Shown here piece by piece: positions 23,901-39,100 of a stretch of 64,000 bases of DNA. Each line of letters starts with the position of its first letter. The first letter of the stretch is position 1. The DNA is from Camelus ferus. Taxonomy: Eukaryota. The stretch spans positions 65,410,001 to 65,474,000 of the forward strand of contig NC_045705.1 in NCBI RefSeq assembly GCF_009834535.1, given 5' to 3'. The notes beneath the pieces were generated by a model. That model worked only from the letters and a program-made list of their open reading frames with translations, was not told the DNA's origin and did no database searches. The translations under genes were made by a program, and so were the position numbers.

Positions 23901-26900
23901 GCGACTTCCGGAAGCTGCACGGAGACCTGGCCTACACCCACCGCAACCTCTTCCGCCGCCTGGAGGAGTTTCCTGCCTTCCCCCGCGCCCAGGTGTTTGG
24001 TGAGTCTTGATCTAGGCATTCAGGCCAAAAATGAAGAGAGAGTTGTTCAAAGGGGACCCCTGCTGGTGAAGGCTGAATAGAAGGGAGCCTGAAACTCATG
24101 GCAAAGACATGTTTCAGACAGCTGGAAGGGCCCTTCAAGGTGGCCTCATTTTTCACCTAGGGAAACCGCTCTGAGCTTTTCCCATACTGTATGTTGAGCC
24201 CTTTAACACGCCTGTCCTCATTAGCCCCATTTCCAAGATGAGGAAACTGAGTCTCAGGGAGGTAAAGGGGCAGAACTAGAATTCCAAGCCACAAACCAAT
24301 GTTTCCTCCAGACCTGTGCTGTCCAGAAACAGCAGCCCTGAACCACCTATGGCTGAGGAGCGCCAGAGATGTGGCTAGTCTGAACTGAGAGGTGCTGCAC
24401 TGGTCGAATACAGCTGAAAAAAGAATCTGGGGGGAGGGCATAGCTCAGTGGTAGAGCGCATGCTTAGCATGCACGATGTCCTGGGTTCAATCCCCAGTGC
24501 CTTCATTTAAAAAAAAAAAGAATGTAAACTATTTCAATATTTTATATATCGATTACATGTTCAAATGAGAATATTTTAGATATATTGGGTTAAATAGAAT
24601 ATGTAATTAAAATTAACCTGTTTTTACTTTTTTTTAAAAATGTGGCTACTAAAAATTATAACTTACACATGAGTTTCATATTATTTCTCGTAGACAGGGC
24701 TGATCTGTTCCTTGGGTCTCTAGACTGACAGATGTTCTTTCATGGCAAGGTGAAAGGTCACTACTGGCAGATTATGCCAGACAGTGGGGAATACAGTAGC
24801 TACTCCCCCTGGCAGCATGATAACTAGCCCAGAGTTAAATAAATAACTGCCTGCTGCCTTGAAGAGAACAGTGAAACTGTAAAGATGGGGCTACTTGCTG
24901 TGTGACCTTGGGCAAGTCACTTCCCCTCTCTTATTTGCCTTTCTATTATATCAAAACCATCTGAAATTATTTGTTTCTGGTTGGTTGCCTGCCTCCCCCT
25001 GTCTAGGATGTGATATCCAGAGACCTCTCTCATTCATCCTCCTTTTTTGTTTGTTTTTTGTTTTTTTATTTTTTTGCAAACATAATATTTTATTGCAGCA
25101 ATCAAAAGGGAAACCAGAAACCATTTCTTTAAAAAGGCTTAGAGATGTAGCTTCAAGCAGTAACTAATATGAAAAGTTTGTCATACAACTAGTCACATTG
25201 TAAAACCCATATTGGCAGTGTTTCAGTAACCTGCTAGGTTTCATTTTGCTTTCTGCTATTCTCTCTCATTCATCTTCTGAACCTAGCACATAGGTGCTCC
25301 CTAAACATCTGGAAAATGGATAAGGAGATCGGTCCCTCCTTGCCAGACTCTCACCCTGGGCAGAGCCAAGGAAGATTGCTGGGAGAATGGGGAAGGGGTG
25401 GTGGGCTGCTCAGACCCTCTCAGGCAGAACCAGGAATAGTGGCCCACAGGGGCCAGAAGCCCCTGTGGGTCACTGTTTCTCTCCCTGCCCCTTGCCCTGG
25501 CGGGTGCAGGCCGGTTTGAAGCCTCAGTGATCGAGGAGCGGCGGAAGGGGGCTGAGGACCTGCTTCGCTTCACTGTGCACATCCCTGCGCTCAACAACAG
25601 CCCTCAACTCAAGGAGTTTTTCCGGGTACGTGTACCTGTTCTTCCCCTCTCCCCAGCACTTGGGAAGCTTACCTGCCCGCCAGGCTGCACCCTGTGACAC
25701 CTCCAGGCTACTCTTTCTCTCTTGCAGGGTGGGGAGGTGACACGGCCCTCTGAGGCATCCAGGGACATGCACATCCTGCCACCTCCTCTGATCCCCACGC
25801 CACCCCCTGACGAGCCTCGGCTGCAGCCTCATGAGCCCTGGTTGCCCCAGCCACTCCCAGTGGAGAGGAGGGGCCTCGAGGAGTTGGAGGTGCCAGGTAC
25901 ATGGGGTGGGAGAGAGAGCCAGGGCTGGAGGATCTAGAATGTGTGTATGTTTGGCAGGGGGGCTGGGGGGACACTCCCTCCTCAGTGAAAAGCCTGGGGT
26001 GTTTCCCAGCTCCTTTACCATCATCCTGCTGAGGAACTCTGCCCAGGTCATTTTCCTTCTCTGGGCTAGTTTCTTAATCTGGGCACAGACTTTAAGAATG
26101 GGCTTGCCTATGCCCCAGGTTGCTGCAGGGATTCAGTGAGAGGGTGATTACATTTTGAAAGCTGGGAAACAATAAAGGCAGGCATGAATGTCCCCAACAA
26201 TCTATTCCTCAGTGGATCCTCCACCATCCAGCCCTGCCCAGGAGGCCCTGGATCTCCTCTTTAACTGTGGGGGCACCGAGGAGGCGTCCAGTTCCCCCTC
26301 CCGAGGCCTTCTCACCGAGGCTGAGCTTGCCCTCTTCGACCCCTTCTCCAAGGAAGGTAACACGTTGGGACAAGTGGGGTGGGGGGTGGGGCAGGTAGGA
26401 GCTGGGCTGGAGGTCCTTAGGGGCAGGGAGGCTGAGGCAGGCATAGCCACCAGCTGGCCAGTGTGGTGGCTGTGTAAATTTGAGAAAAAATTCGCCCTGT
26501 GGGCGAACGGCAGCCTCAATGAGAATTAGAAGCAGTGCCCCTTCCCGAGTGCTGGGGCCGTGCTGGAGAGCTGGGTGCCCTGTACTGTCAGCAACCATGG
26601 AGGAAGTGAGCTACTTTCCATGGGATCTTCTCCCTGAGAAAGCTTTGGAATGGGCGAGGGGTCACCCTGCCCCGGGAAGGTCTGAGTTCCTCTGTTGGAA
26701 GCCCGGGGGGTGGGGGGTTCCTGGCTGTCTCAGGATCCAGCTGTAGATCCTAAAGGCAGAAGAGGCCTGTTAGTGAAAAGGGGTGAAGTCTTGGCTCAGA
26801 GGACAGCAGAGGAGGCCCCTGGAGCAGCCGCTGGCATGTGTGGGTACCAGAGATAGAAGTTCCCCATGAAGGCACTGGTCCTGAGCTCCTTGTCAGATCT

Positions 26901-29288
26901 AGGGACTTGACAATCCCAGGTTCTGAGACACTGAATCTTTTTGTTCTAAAGTTCTCTGAGTTTATGCTGTTACAGCAACTGGGGTGTTGAAGTGGCTGAT
27001 CTCACTTCGGGATCATTGTGAAACAGTTTCATTGTGGATTCACAGCAGTCTTTTTTAAGCCCATTTTGTTGGGCTCCCTTCTTCCACCTTTGGTGACCTC
27101 CTGGGCAGGCCCTTACCTTTCTGATCAGTTTCAGGCATTTGAGTTCTCTCATCCCGGGATCCGATCCAAATCAGGACCTCAGTCTCCTATCCAGTTTTCA
27201 GCCTCACCCCTCCACCAGCTCAGGCCTGACCGGTGGCCTGGCCTCTGGCCCTGGTGACAAGGGTATGAGGAGTGTCCTTTTACTCTTCTTATTCTGCTCC
27301 CTCCCCCCCTCCATGCTCTGGCCCCTCCAGGGTTGGGGAAGGGATAGAAGGGACTGGAGGGGAAAGGCAGGGGCAGTGTCACTGCAGCTGATAAGCCCTG
27401 CCACTGAGAAGCAGGCGTTCAAATACTCTTGCCTTCTCCAGCCACACCCCTTGGGGTGCCCAGGGCCCAGATGCTTGGGCAGGAGCCTGTCAAGACTCCT
27501 TAAACCATGAGCTCCCATGAGACATTCCTTGGCCCATGGAAAAACTCCTAAGTCCTTGCCCCCACCAAGCCTGGAAGTGCAGTTTGCTTAGATGCTGCCT
27601 CGTGTCCTTGCCCCACTTGGTGGGCACCTCCAGCAAGCCTTTCACCATCAGAATTCTCCAGGCAAGGAGCCAGTACTCATCTCTCTCTCCATCATGTACA
27701 CCAGACTCCTGAACTCAAGTACTAGGGCATCCCAAGAACTCTTCCACCTTCTCCATTAGCAACACAGGGAGGGCCGTAAGTCCATCTGGGAAGTGAGATG
27801 TCATCTTCCCTTCCTGTAGGAGGCCACTGGTCTCCATGTGGGGTCCCTTGGATGGGGTTGGAGACAGGCCCACCCCTCCCTCTCCTGGCCAGTGGTATGT
27901 AGTGGTGGTTCCTGCTCCGGCACTGTCCCTTCAAAGGCCTTTTCATCAAAAATTCACCAAATCTCTAGCCTTTTGTATAAGCTGCAGAGAGGATCTTTGA
28001 CCATCTCTTTGCCAGTCCTAGGGGATATGATGAGACCTTCTCTCTGGAATATTCTAATTACCTACCACTGACTGTCTTCACCTTTGGGGCCTCAGCTGAA
28101 ATTGTGAGACCCTAAAATAGCCTTGAGATCCTCTGAATCCATTATTTTAAGATTCCAAGGCTTGAAGCATTTCTGCCCTTGGCCTGGCATAGTTGGTGTG
28201 GTGTCCTTCAGCTAAACCTTTGGAGGTAGGTTTTGGATTTGTAGATGAACTGTAGTCAGGAGGGAAATAATACTATTGACCCAGAGCTCACAAATTAATG
28301 TTAATATGTACCTAAAGAAAGAATTAGGCTATGTTTTACACCGGTAACTTATATAATCTTATAAATCAATTATACCTCAATTAAAAGAAAGAAATAAAAA
28401 GAAAGAATTAGTAAGGTAAGACAAAAGTGCATGAACACCAACCAAATAGACGATGGCTAGTTTGCTACGCACAAGTGGCTTTTGGATTGCTCAGACACTG
28501 AGCAACCCAGGACAGGTTGGTACCCTGGTGGGCAAGGAGGTCTGTGGGTGGACAACAGGCCCTGGGAAAAGAAGGGCCAATCTGGCCTGAGTCCTCCATA
28601 TCTGATTGCAGAAGGTGCAGGCCCCAGTCCTACTCATGTAGGTGAGCTGGCAGCATTGGAGGCAGAATCTGAAAGGCTGGACCAGAAACCCTGGGAGCCA
28701 GGAGGGCAGGAGGAGGAAGAGGATGAAGAAGGAGGACCTACCCCTGCCTATCTAAGCCACGCCACAGAGCTCATCACCCAGGCCCTACAGGACGAGAAGG
28801 CAGGCGCCTACCCTGCAGCTCTGCAGGGCTACCGGGATGGCGTGCATATCCTGCTTCAGGGAGTTCCTGGTGAGCAGGACTGCAGGGTGGAGGGTCAGGC
28901 CTCAGGTCCTGGATGGTACCTTGAAGGGAAAGGAAAGTGAGAAACAAGTAGATCAAAGATCAGAATTGCTTCTCACTGACCAGCTACATAACCCTGGGCA
29001 GTTTCTTTACCTCTTGTGGCCTCAGTTTTCTTATTTGTAAAATGAGGAGGATATATCTGACTCTCAGGGAGCAGGGAAAGACACATGGTGATGCTGTATG
29101 AACTGTAAAGGGCTAGACCATAGCTTCTGAACCCAGATACTTGGGACCAGGTACCTCTGCTGAACCATTCTGTCTTCACAGGTGACCCTTCACCTGCCCG
29201 CCGGGAGGGAGTGAAGAAGAAGGCAGCTGAGTATCTGAAGCGGGCAGAGGAAATCCTGCACCTGCATCTGTCCCAGCGCCCATCCTGA
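20992..29288 (+). CDS. SNX15: Sorting nexin 15 (PX + MIT), 349 aa; join(20992-21090,23621-23656,23879-23999,25510-25625,25728-25896,26213-26356,28612-28869,29182-29288)
   Basis: MSRQAKDDFLRHYTVSDPRTHPKGYTEYKVTAQ...KRYSDFRKLH...KKKAAEYLKRAEEIL; all introns GT-AG, frame continuous, 1050 nt. Confidence 0.97.
21880..22330 (-). mobile_element. Old L1 fragment in SNX15 intron 1
   Basis: ...ttgcatttctctgatgactaatgaggttgagcac...ttattggccattt antisense L1 3' pattern; approximate. Confidence 0.65.
22542..22651 (+). mobile_element. tRNA-Ala-derived SINE
   Basis: 17-bp TSD aaagttactcYaagctg at 22525-22541 and 22652-22668. Confidence 0.9.
22926..23410 (+). mobile_element. Solo ERV LTR, sense to SNX15
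   Basis: Starts TG; AATAAA 23333-23338 followed by gccttgcctgaatttcttgtctg..tcttatcaatttct..taaagagtccaaggacc, an LTR U5-like end. No TSD found. Confidence 0.65.
24313..24702 (-). mobile_element. MER33-like hAT DNA transposon interrupted by a SINE
   Basis: Termini ctgtgctgtcca...agacagggctg; internal atgtggctagtctgaactgag and gattacatgttcaaatg match recalled MER33. Confidence 0.65.
24429..24519 (+). mobile_element. tRNA-Ala-derived SINE
   Basis: Near-intact tRNA-Ala(AGC)-like body, poly(A), TSD aaaaagaatct / aaaaagaatgt. Confidence 0.9.
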
Positions 29289-29565
29289 GAGAAGAGTGGA
29301 CCCTTTCCCAGGACTTGAGCTCCAGCACTGCCAGCCACCCTCTTCTCCTTTCCCTGGTGCCTGGCCTGATCTCCTGGTCTTATAACTCTACAGGCCACTT
29401 CTATATAGAACTGGACCAAGAATGAGAAAAATAATGAATTCTCAGCTCCCTGAGCACACCTGCCACCTTGGAATCAGGGACTCTCACTTCTGATCCTGCC
29501 TGTCTCTATCTTGATATGTAAGCAGTAGCTCTGGTCCCTAAACTATTAGTTTATCCTTCTAGAAC

Positions 29566-29889
29566 CAGGGTCTGCAAACTATGGCCTGCAGCCAAATATG
29601 GCAGACTGCCTTTTTTTGTAAGGCCCATGAGCTAGAATAGTTTTTACATTTTTTAATAGTTGAAGAAAATCAAAAGAATAGTATCTGTGACAGGTGAAAA
29701 TTATATGAAAATTAAGTATCTAAAAATAAAAATTTTTTGGAACACAACTAGGCTCATTCGTTAGTATTGTCTGTGGTTGCTTTCCCACACCAGCAGAGGT
29801 GACTAGTTGCAGAGTTGACTGGTTGCAACCTGTAAATCCCAGAACATTCACTGTTTGGGCCCTTTGCAGAAAAAGTTTGCTGACCCCTG
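29566..29889 (+). mobile_element. MER58(B)-like hAT-Charlie element in SNX15 3' region
   Basis: TIRs cagggtctgcaaact / agtttgctgacccctg; flanks ttctagaa and atctagaa match the Charlie NTCTAGAN target. Confidence 0.8.
29725..29730 (+). terminator. Likely SNX15 polyadenylation signal
   Basis: Only AATAAA seen between the SNX15 stop and the SAC3D1 promoter. Confidence 0.55.
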
Positions 29890-30286
29890 ATCTAGAAAAT
29901 ATGTAGAGGAGTCTCCAGGGAAAAAGAAAAGAATGACACTAAGGCAGATTGAGCCAGGTTATTGGGTGAAAAGGACGATGGAGAGGAAACAAAGCAAGAG
30001 TATGCATTTTGGGCAGGTGGTCCAAAGCCAAACAGTAATGGATCAGAGGGCTGGAGCTTGGAAAGGCGTGACCTCACTCCTGCCCCGCCTCTCCTACAAA
30101 GCGATTGGTTGCGGAAGGGGCTACAAACCGTTGCGTCACGGGAGTGGTTTGGGACACAGCGGTGCATCGTGGGAGGGCCTTATCGGGGCCTGAGAGTGCA
30201 GAAGAGTTTTGGCGGAGAAGAACTACAACGCAGAGCATCTCGGGAGGCCTGCTCGAGTATTTGTGGGAGGCGTCGGGAGTCGGTGA

Positions 30287-32562
<2,276 letters not shown>

Positions 32563-32639
32563 GGAGGGGCTATGCAGTCTCCCAAAGCTCCAGGACTGGG
32601 TCTGAAACACTCAGGTTTCTTTTTTCATGATTTCCACAC

Positions 32640-32645
32640 AATAAA
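32640..32645 (+). terminator. SAC3D1 polyadenylation signal
   Basis: AATAAA 78 nt after the stop. Confidence 0.8.
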
Positions 32646-32682
32646 ATGAACTTGTCTTGCAGGGGACAATAGCTAGGCTTGA

Positions 32683-32688
32683 TTTATT
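32683..32688 (-). terminator. NAALADL1 polyadenylation signal
   Basis: TTTATT on plus (AATAAA on minus); first such site seen downstream of the NAALADL1 stop. Confidence 0.7.
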
Positions 32689-33113
32689 TGAGGGAGGGCA
32701 GGGGGATATTGAGACTTGCTAGGGGTATGGGGGGAGAGGAACCCAAACTGGGCAATGCCCTACCCACCCTGGGCCTCAGTTCCCCTCTGGTGGTCTCTGA
32801 GTTGATGTCTTGGTTGGCATTATGCATCCCATCCTCACCCACCCACTACCAAGGGCAGTTGGTGGTTTTGCCATTCCCACCATCCTTGTCTCCTGTTCAC
32901 CCTCTGCCAACCAAGAGCCAGGATGAGGGAAATTTTCATCTGGGGCTTGTCACTCCCCTTAAGTGACCACACTGGTGGGACCCAGAGCTGTTGCCTCAGA
33001 AGTTTGAGAGAGTCCTGCCGTTCCGTTGTCTTCTGGCATCAGAGGACACACTCAAAGGAAACTGGAGTGGCTGGGGTTAAGATAAAGGGTTGGGAGGAGC
33101 TGAAGAATGAGGG

Positions 33114-36100
33114 TCAGAGGTCAGCCACGGGCCTCAGGGTGGCTGCTGCGTTCTCCAGGGCCGCCACCAGGATACTGAGCTGCCTCTGCACCTCAGCCCA
33201 GGCTGCAGATCCAGCGCCTGTGTTCGTGGCCCTGGAGCAGGCATTGGACAGGCCTGGGAACGTGGCTACAGAGCCGGTGCGAGGTGCCCAGAGCACGTGG
33301 CTGACAGGAGAAATGGGGGAGGATCACGGTCATTCAGGGGCCAGGGAAGAGGGGCGCTTCAGCCTGAAACAGTTCCTGTATACAGCTAGGGACAAAAGCA
33401 CCTCTTCCTGCCCTCTGAAAGCTGGGGCCCTTACAGCAGTGGTGATGGGAAGAGATGTCGGTTCTAGTCCCAGGGTGACCTTGACCGATTTGCCTCCCCT
33501 CCCTTGCCTGACTCCTCAGCTGTCTCAAGGGGCTGGGCTGTGCTCTCAAGGCCAGCAAAACCAACATTTTCCTGCCTCATCCCTTGGCACCTCCCAAGAG
33601 CTTTGGGACAGGCTCACCTGTAGTAGCTTTCCTCTGGGAAGGCTCGCGAGTTCAGGAAGGTGCGTTCCAAGAGCATCAGCTGATCATTGAGCATCCGCAC
33701 CTGCAGGGGGCTGGAGGTGACAGGACCTTCTGGTCACCCTACAGCTAGCAGCCCAGCTGCCAGCCTGCATCCTGCCCTGGATGCCACCCTCCCAGATGCC
33801 TGATTGCAGCCCTTGCTCACTCAGGGGTGCCCTTCTGCGTTGTTGATATGTGTTGGTCCAACACCGTGGCTGCCCCCTCAAACTTCTCCACTGCAGTCGC
33901 CAGAGGTCCTGTGGGGAATAGCCAGCATCTCAGCCCTGGGGGTGCAGGGCTTCTCACACCCCAGTCACTTCAGGGGGCTCCATACCCAGGCTGATGCTGT
34001 GTTGCTTCAACAGGGCCCCGAGATGCTGCTGAGCAGCCTGCAGGAAGCTGCGGAGGGTCTCGCTGTAGTCACTGACATTAAGAGGCAGGAAGAGGCTGTC
34101 ACTGAGCCGGAGAAGCACACTTCCCGCCGTCCGGGCCACAGCCTGGTGGCTGCTGAAGCCTTGCAGGGAGGGCGACAAGGCCAGGGCTCAATCTTCAGCC
34201 CGTCTTCCTCCAGCCTCAGGATGCCCCTTGTCCCACTTCTCACCAGGGTCCACAAACTTGTCCACATAATCAAAGGTGTCAAAGGCCGTGTGGTAGGTAG
34301 GGTAGATCCGGGCTGAGGTCTTGCTCTGGGGGAACAAGGCCCAGAGGTGACAGGCTTGGGATGGGAAGCGGAAGGAGGTGTACAATGTAGAGACCTTATC
34401 TCAAATGGTCACCACATCTGCGAGGAAGGTTCTAGAGTTTCCACTTTACAGAGGAGGAAACAGGCTCAGAGAGGTTAAGTAACCTTCCTGACATCACACA
34501 GCGAATAAGTAACACAGCTGGGTCAGGTGCCAGTTTCCCATTTCACATGAAGGAGGAGAACCTGGGGCTTTGCAGTCAGACAAGAGGGTTCAAAGCCCAG
34601 CTCCACCTCCAGGAGCAGCTCGGCAATAGAGGGGAGAAAGGGCTTTGGGGGCATCAAATAGGGAGACAAAGGCTGGGCATTTGGCACCCCTTAGCTCATT
34701 TCACCCCAAACCACCCCCATTTTATACTGTAGTTTAATCTATTCTGAGATAAACTTTTTCACCTTTTAAGATCTCTGGAATCGGGATGCTTCTTACAGTC
34801 AATGTCATCCTATCATCCTAACTGATAGTAGTTTTTGTTTCCCTTCTGAACAGTGCATCACATAACGGTGCATCTTACACTCAGTAGTATCTTAAATTTG
34901 ATCAAATTACATGGATGAAGGTAAACAGAAGCTCAAGAGAAGTAAAGAAACTGGGCCGAGGTAGCACAGCTACTTAGTGATGGAGCCGAGGCAGTGTGCA
35001 CTGGAGCAGCCCAAAGAAGAGGAGGGGCCTGGTAGAGCAAGGTACCGAGCTGGGGGATGGAAGGGTGCCCGCTTACCCGGTCATAGTTGTAGGCGAGGTC
35101 CATGGAGGAAATGCCCAGGAAGTGAACGAAGGGTGCGTAGTCGCTGCCAGCACCCAGAGTGCCCAGGCTGTGGGAAGAAAGATGGTCAGGTTGCAAGGTG
35201 CTGGGCCAGCTCACCAGCCCAGGATCCTCGTCCCGGTCCTTGCTCACCTGGGGACTAAGCCGTACACCGGGCTGCTACGGTTGCTATATCGGATCCAGTT
35301 GTCGTAGATGCTGAGACTGCTGGTGCCTGGGGCGGGGATCTGACCGGAGGGAAATCTAGTCTCAGGGCTGGGGACCCACCAACCAGCAGGTCCTCCATCT
35401 CCAGCCTACGCACAACCCTGCAGTTCCTACAAGGCCCGCCCGGCAGCCTCAGTCCCACCAGGCAGCCCCTCTGATAAGTACCAGCTCTAGCTCCACCTAC
35501 GCATAGTCCCGCCTCTGGTCATCCCCCTCCCCGCCTGGCTCCCAGCCCCTCTGCCTTTCACCTGTTTGGTTGCAGAGAAGATGACACTTTGGACCGGGGG
35601 CGTCCCCTGAGCCCTCAGGGTGACATTGGCTGCGAGAGAATCAAAAAGAGACTATTCGGCCCCCCGCTCTTTCGTTTCCCTCCTCCCTGAGTCAGCCCAG
35701 CAGCCCTTCCTACCAAACACCGAGATGTCCACGTTGATGTAGGCCACGGTGCGCTCCTGCAGCTTGCTGAAGAACTCCTGCAGGTGGAAGGGACAATGTA
35801 GGCCCCATGCTGCCCAGCTGTGGTAATCCCCTCCATTATGCTGTGGGGCTCACTCACCTCGGTGAATTCTGTGGAGCCAATGAGCCCAAACTCCTCTGCC
35901 CCCCAGCTCGCAAACACTACTGATCTGCGGGGTCGCCAGGTGCCTGGGGAGGCAAATAAAAGGCTGGAGGGCAAGATCACCCGGATCCTGGGGTGGCTTA
36001 GGGGGAAGGTTGGGGATTTGTGGGGGAGGGAGGGCCAGAAGGGGTGGGGCAGCTGTCAACTAGAGGTAGGTCCTGGCACCTCCCCAAACAAGGCTTCCCT

Positions 36101-39100
36101 GAGGCTCCTGTCTTCCTTTCACCATCGTACCTCCTCTGCTGTGACACCCTGCAACATTATCCCCAACACCAACCTCCCTTGGTCAGATGGTCCCTTCTGC
36201 CAGAATGCCCTTCCCACCTCTTCTCTCAGGCTATCCTCCACCCCCAACTCTCTCCTCCATGCATCCTAGGTAAAACTCGCCCTAACCGGCTTCACCTGGT
36301 GATAGTACATTCACAGTCTCCTTAGAGCGTTATACATATTGAGCCAACCCTTACAACAACGTCTTGAGGGACAGACTGTCATTGTTTGCACTGAGGAAAC
36401 TGGGCCACAGAGAAGTTAAATGATTTGTCCAGGGTTACACAGTTGTGAGCAGCAGAGCCAGGTTTCAAATCCAGGGCCTCACTCCAGAGTCAAGGCTTAA
36501 CCAGTGCCCCACACTGCTTCTCATAGCCTCCTGCCTAGCTTCCATCTCCAGTCTCCCTGCCCACACTGCCCTTACCACAATCTTCACCCTCTCCCAGAAG
36601 CCACTTAGGTCCCTGCTTGGCCCCTCGCCTCCTTCAGGCTCCCTCTCACCCTCTACAGCATCCCGTGTTTCTGGCTGTGCTCCTTCCCATCTCTGACTGC
36701 CATCCCCTTTGATAATTCTTCATCTTTTTGTTTTAAATGAAAAAAAATTTTAAGTACAAAATGATTACATGCTGACAATGACAAATTCCCACACTTTTTT
36801 CTACCAAAAAGGCATAACATGAATCTAATCAGACAAATCCAAACTGAGGGACATTCAATTAAATAATATAAAGATCACAAAAGAAAGAACAGCCAAGGAA
36901 CTACTACCGACGACCCATGCAACCACCACACATGCAACATGTGATCTTGAATTGGCTCTTGGACCAGAAAAATTTTTTGCTCTAAAACTTGTCAGAACAA
37001 TTGGCAAAATAGTTAATTTCCTGATTCTGATCATTGTGCTGTGGTTATGAAAGAAAACACCCCAATTTTTAGGAAATAAACGGCTCTGCCACCAGCTCTG
37101 CTACCTGATCCAGCCTCTCCTTCCCACATGCTGTGCCTCCACCTGGATCCCCACCCTGTCCTGGAACTGCTGCCTCCACAGCGAGGCCTCCCAGAGCTTT
37201 GGCTTCCACTGGAAAGCCCTGTAGATATTTTTCTTTCTTTCTTTCTTCTTTCTTTCTTTTTTTTTTTCTTTGTCGGGGGAGGTAATTAGGCTTACTTATT
37301 TATTTGTTTGTTTAGAGGAGGTACTGGGAATTGAACCCAGGACCTTGTGGATGCTAAGTAAGCACCCTACCACTTGAGCTATACCCTCCCCTCTTAGATA
37401 TTTTTCTTTGTAGCACGTTTCGCAATTGTCATTACAGCAGAAACTCTGGTGTTCCCTGGGGGATGTCCAGTGCCTAGAACTGGCCTGGCACATAGCAGGC
37501 GTGGAGGACATATTTGTTGAGTTAAGAACTGTCTGTCATCCCTGACAGAGTCTGGATCCCAGCCTTGCTCAGAGTCGCATTCCTTGGAGGGGCACAGGAG
37601 GCTCTCAGAAGGTATTGTACGAGTTCTCTGTACCACACTGGGCTACTGGAGTGAGGCCAGGGCTGGTGTCCCAGCATATCTGCCCCCAGGGCCCTCAGAC
37701 TTGGCACAAGTGAGCACTGGAGAATGAGAGACAGGAGGTGGGAAAGGATGCCCACAGCTCAAGGAAAAGTATAACAGATTTATGGTTATCAAAGGGGTAA
37801 ATGGGTGGAGAGGATAAATAAGGAGTTTGTGACTAGCAGATGCATACTACTATAGACAAAATAAACAACAAGGTCCTACTGTACAGCACAGGGAACTGTA
37901 TTCAATATCCTGTAATTAACCATAATGGAAAATAATATGAAAAAGTATATATATATATACTGAATCACTTTGCTGTACACCAGAAACTAACACAACATTG
38001 TAAACCAACTAGACTTAAATTAAAAAAAACTTTAAAAAAAGCTCAGGTTAGAGTGGGCTGTTGGTGACCTGGGGAGAGCATCCCTGGACTAGAGGAGGGG
38101 GGGCCCCTCACCCTTCTTCAGCAGAGTCCCCAGGACGCGGGAGAGCTCCAGGAGCACAGCAGTGCCACTGCTGGGGTCCACGGCCCCGTGTACCCAGCTG
38201 TCGCGGTGGTTTCCGTACAGCACGTAGCGGTCTAGAGAAAGGTGTTAGAGTAGGAAATCCAAGAAGCGCGAGGGTGGGCGGGGTCAGGCCGGCCGGGCGG
38301 AGGGGGCGTGGTCGGGGTTCCCAGAGTCCGGCCGGGTCCTGGGGGCGCAGGGAGCAGTGAGGGGGTGCTCACCAGGCTCCACAGCCCCGCGGATAATCCC
38401 CAGGACGTTGGAGGAGTTCCGCAGCTCCAGGCGGTTGTAGATGCTCATGTTCACCTGGCTGGGGGAGCGAAGAGGGGCGACAAGAGTCTCGGCACCGCCC
38501 ACTTCCCCACCACCACCATTGTGGGAGAAACAGGCCCAGAGCAGGAAAAGGACCTGGCAAAGTCACTTTCCCGGAAGTACCGGGAGAGGCTGTGAGGCTA
38601 GAACTCAGATTCCAATTCCCCTTTGTACTCACTCACTCATGGGATATTTAGTGTATGCCGGCACCGAACCAGGCTCTGCGCAATGACTGAGAAAGACGTG
38701 GGCCCCGCCCTCGTGGGGCCGCCATCTCCTGACGGAGACAGACCCCGGGGAAGTGAACCACTGCAGGCGGTGAAGGGGCTTGGGAAGGACACTGACAAGT
38801 TAATGGGTGAGACTCGGGTACCTGGTGGTACGGAGAGAGGTTAGTGCAGGCCAGGACTGGCGGAGGGAGGGGTGTTCCCATCAGAGGGGACAGGTGCAGA
38901 GGCCCTGACTTTGGAACGAGCTTGGTGTGTTCAAGAGAGGAGGTGGCTGGAGAATGGAGGTCCAAGATGAGGTGGGGGAAACCCCAAAGAGCCTTGTTTC
39001 ACAGGCTTCCCCAAAGACAGATATTTTGGAATCAGGGACGGTTGGAAGAGAGAAGAAAGGGACCCGGCCCAGGCCTTGAAGTGAGCAGAGAGGAAACCCA

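Noticed and set aside
24429-24505. Apparent tRNA-Ala(AGC) genes (here and nine similar copies)
   Set aside because: Poly(A) tails, TSDs and stem-breaking substitutions show retroposed SINEs, not tRNA genes.
26970-27260. Antisense ORF with a gtaagg donor in SNX15 intron 6
   Set aside because: Isolated donor, no partner exons, protein not recognisable.
32923-33690. 255-aa plus-strand ORF
   Set aside because: Antisense shadow of GC-rich NAALADL1 terminal exons; no recognisable protein features.
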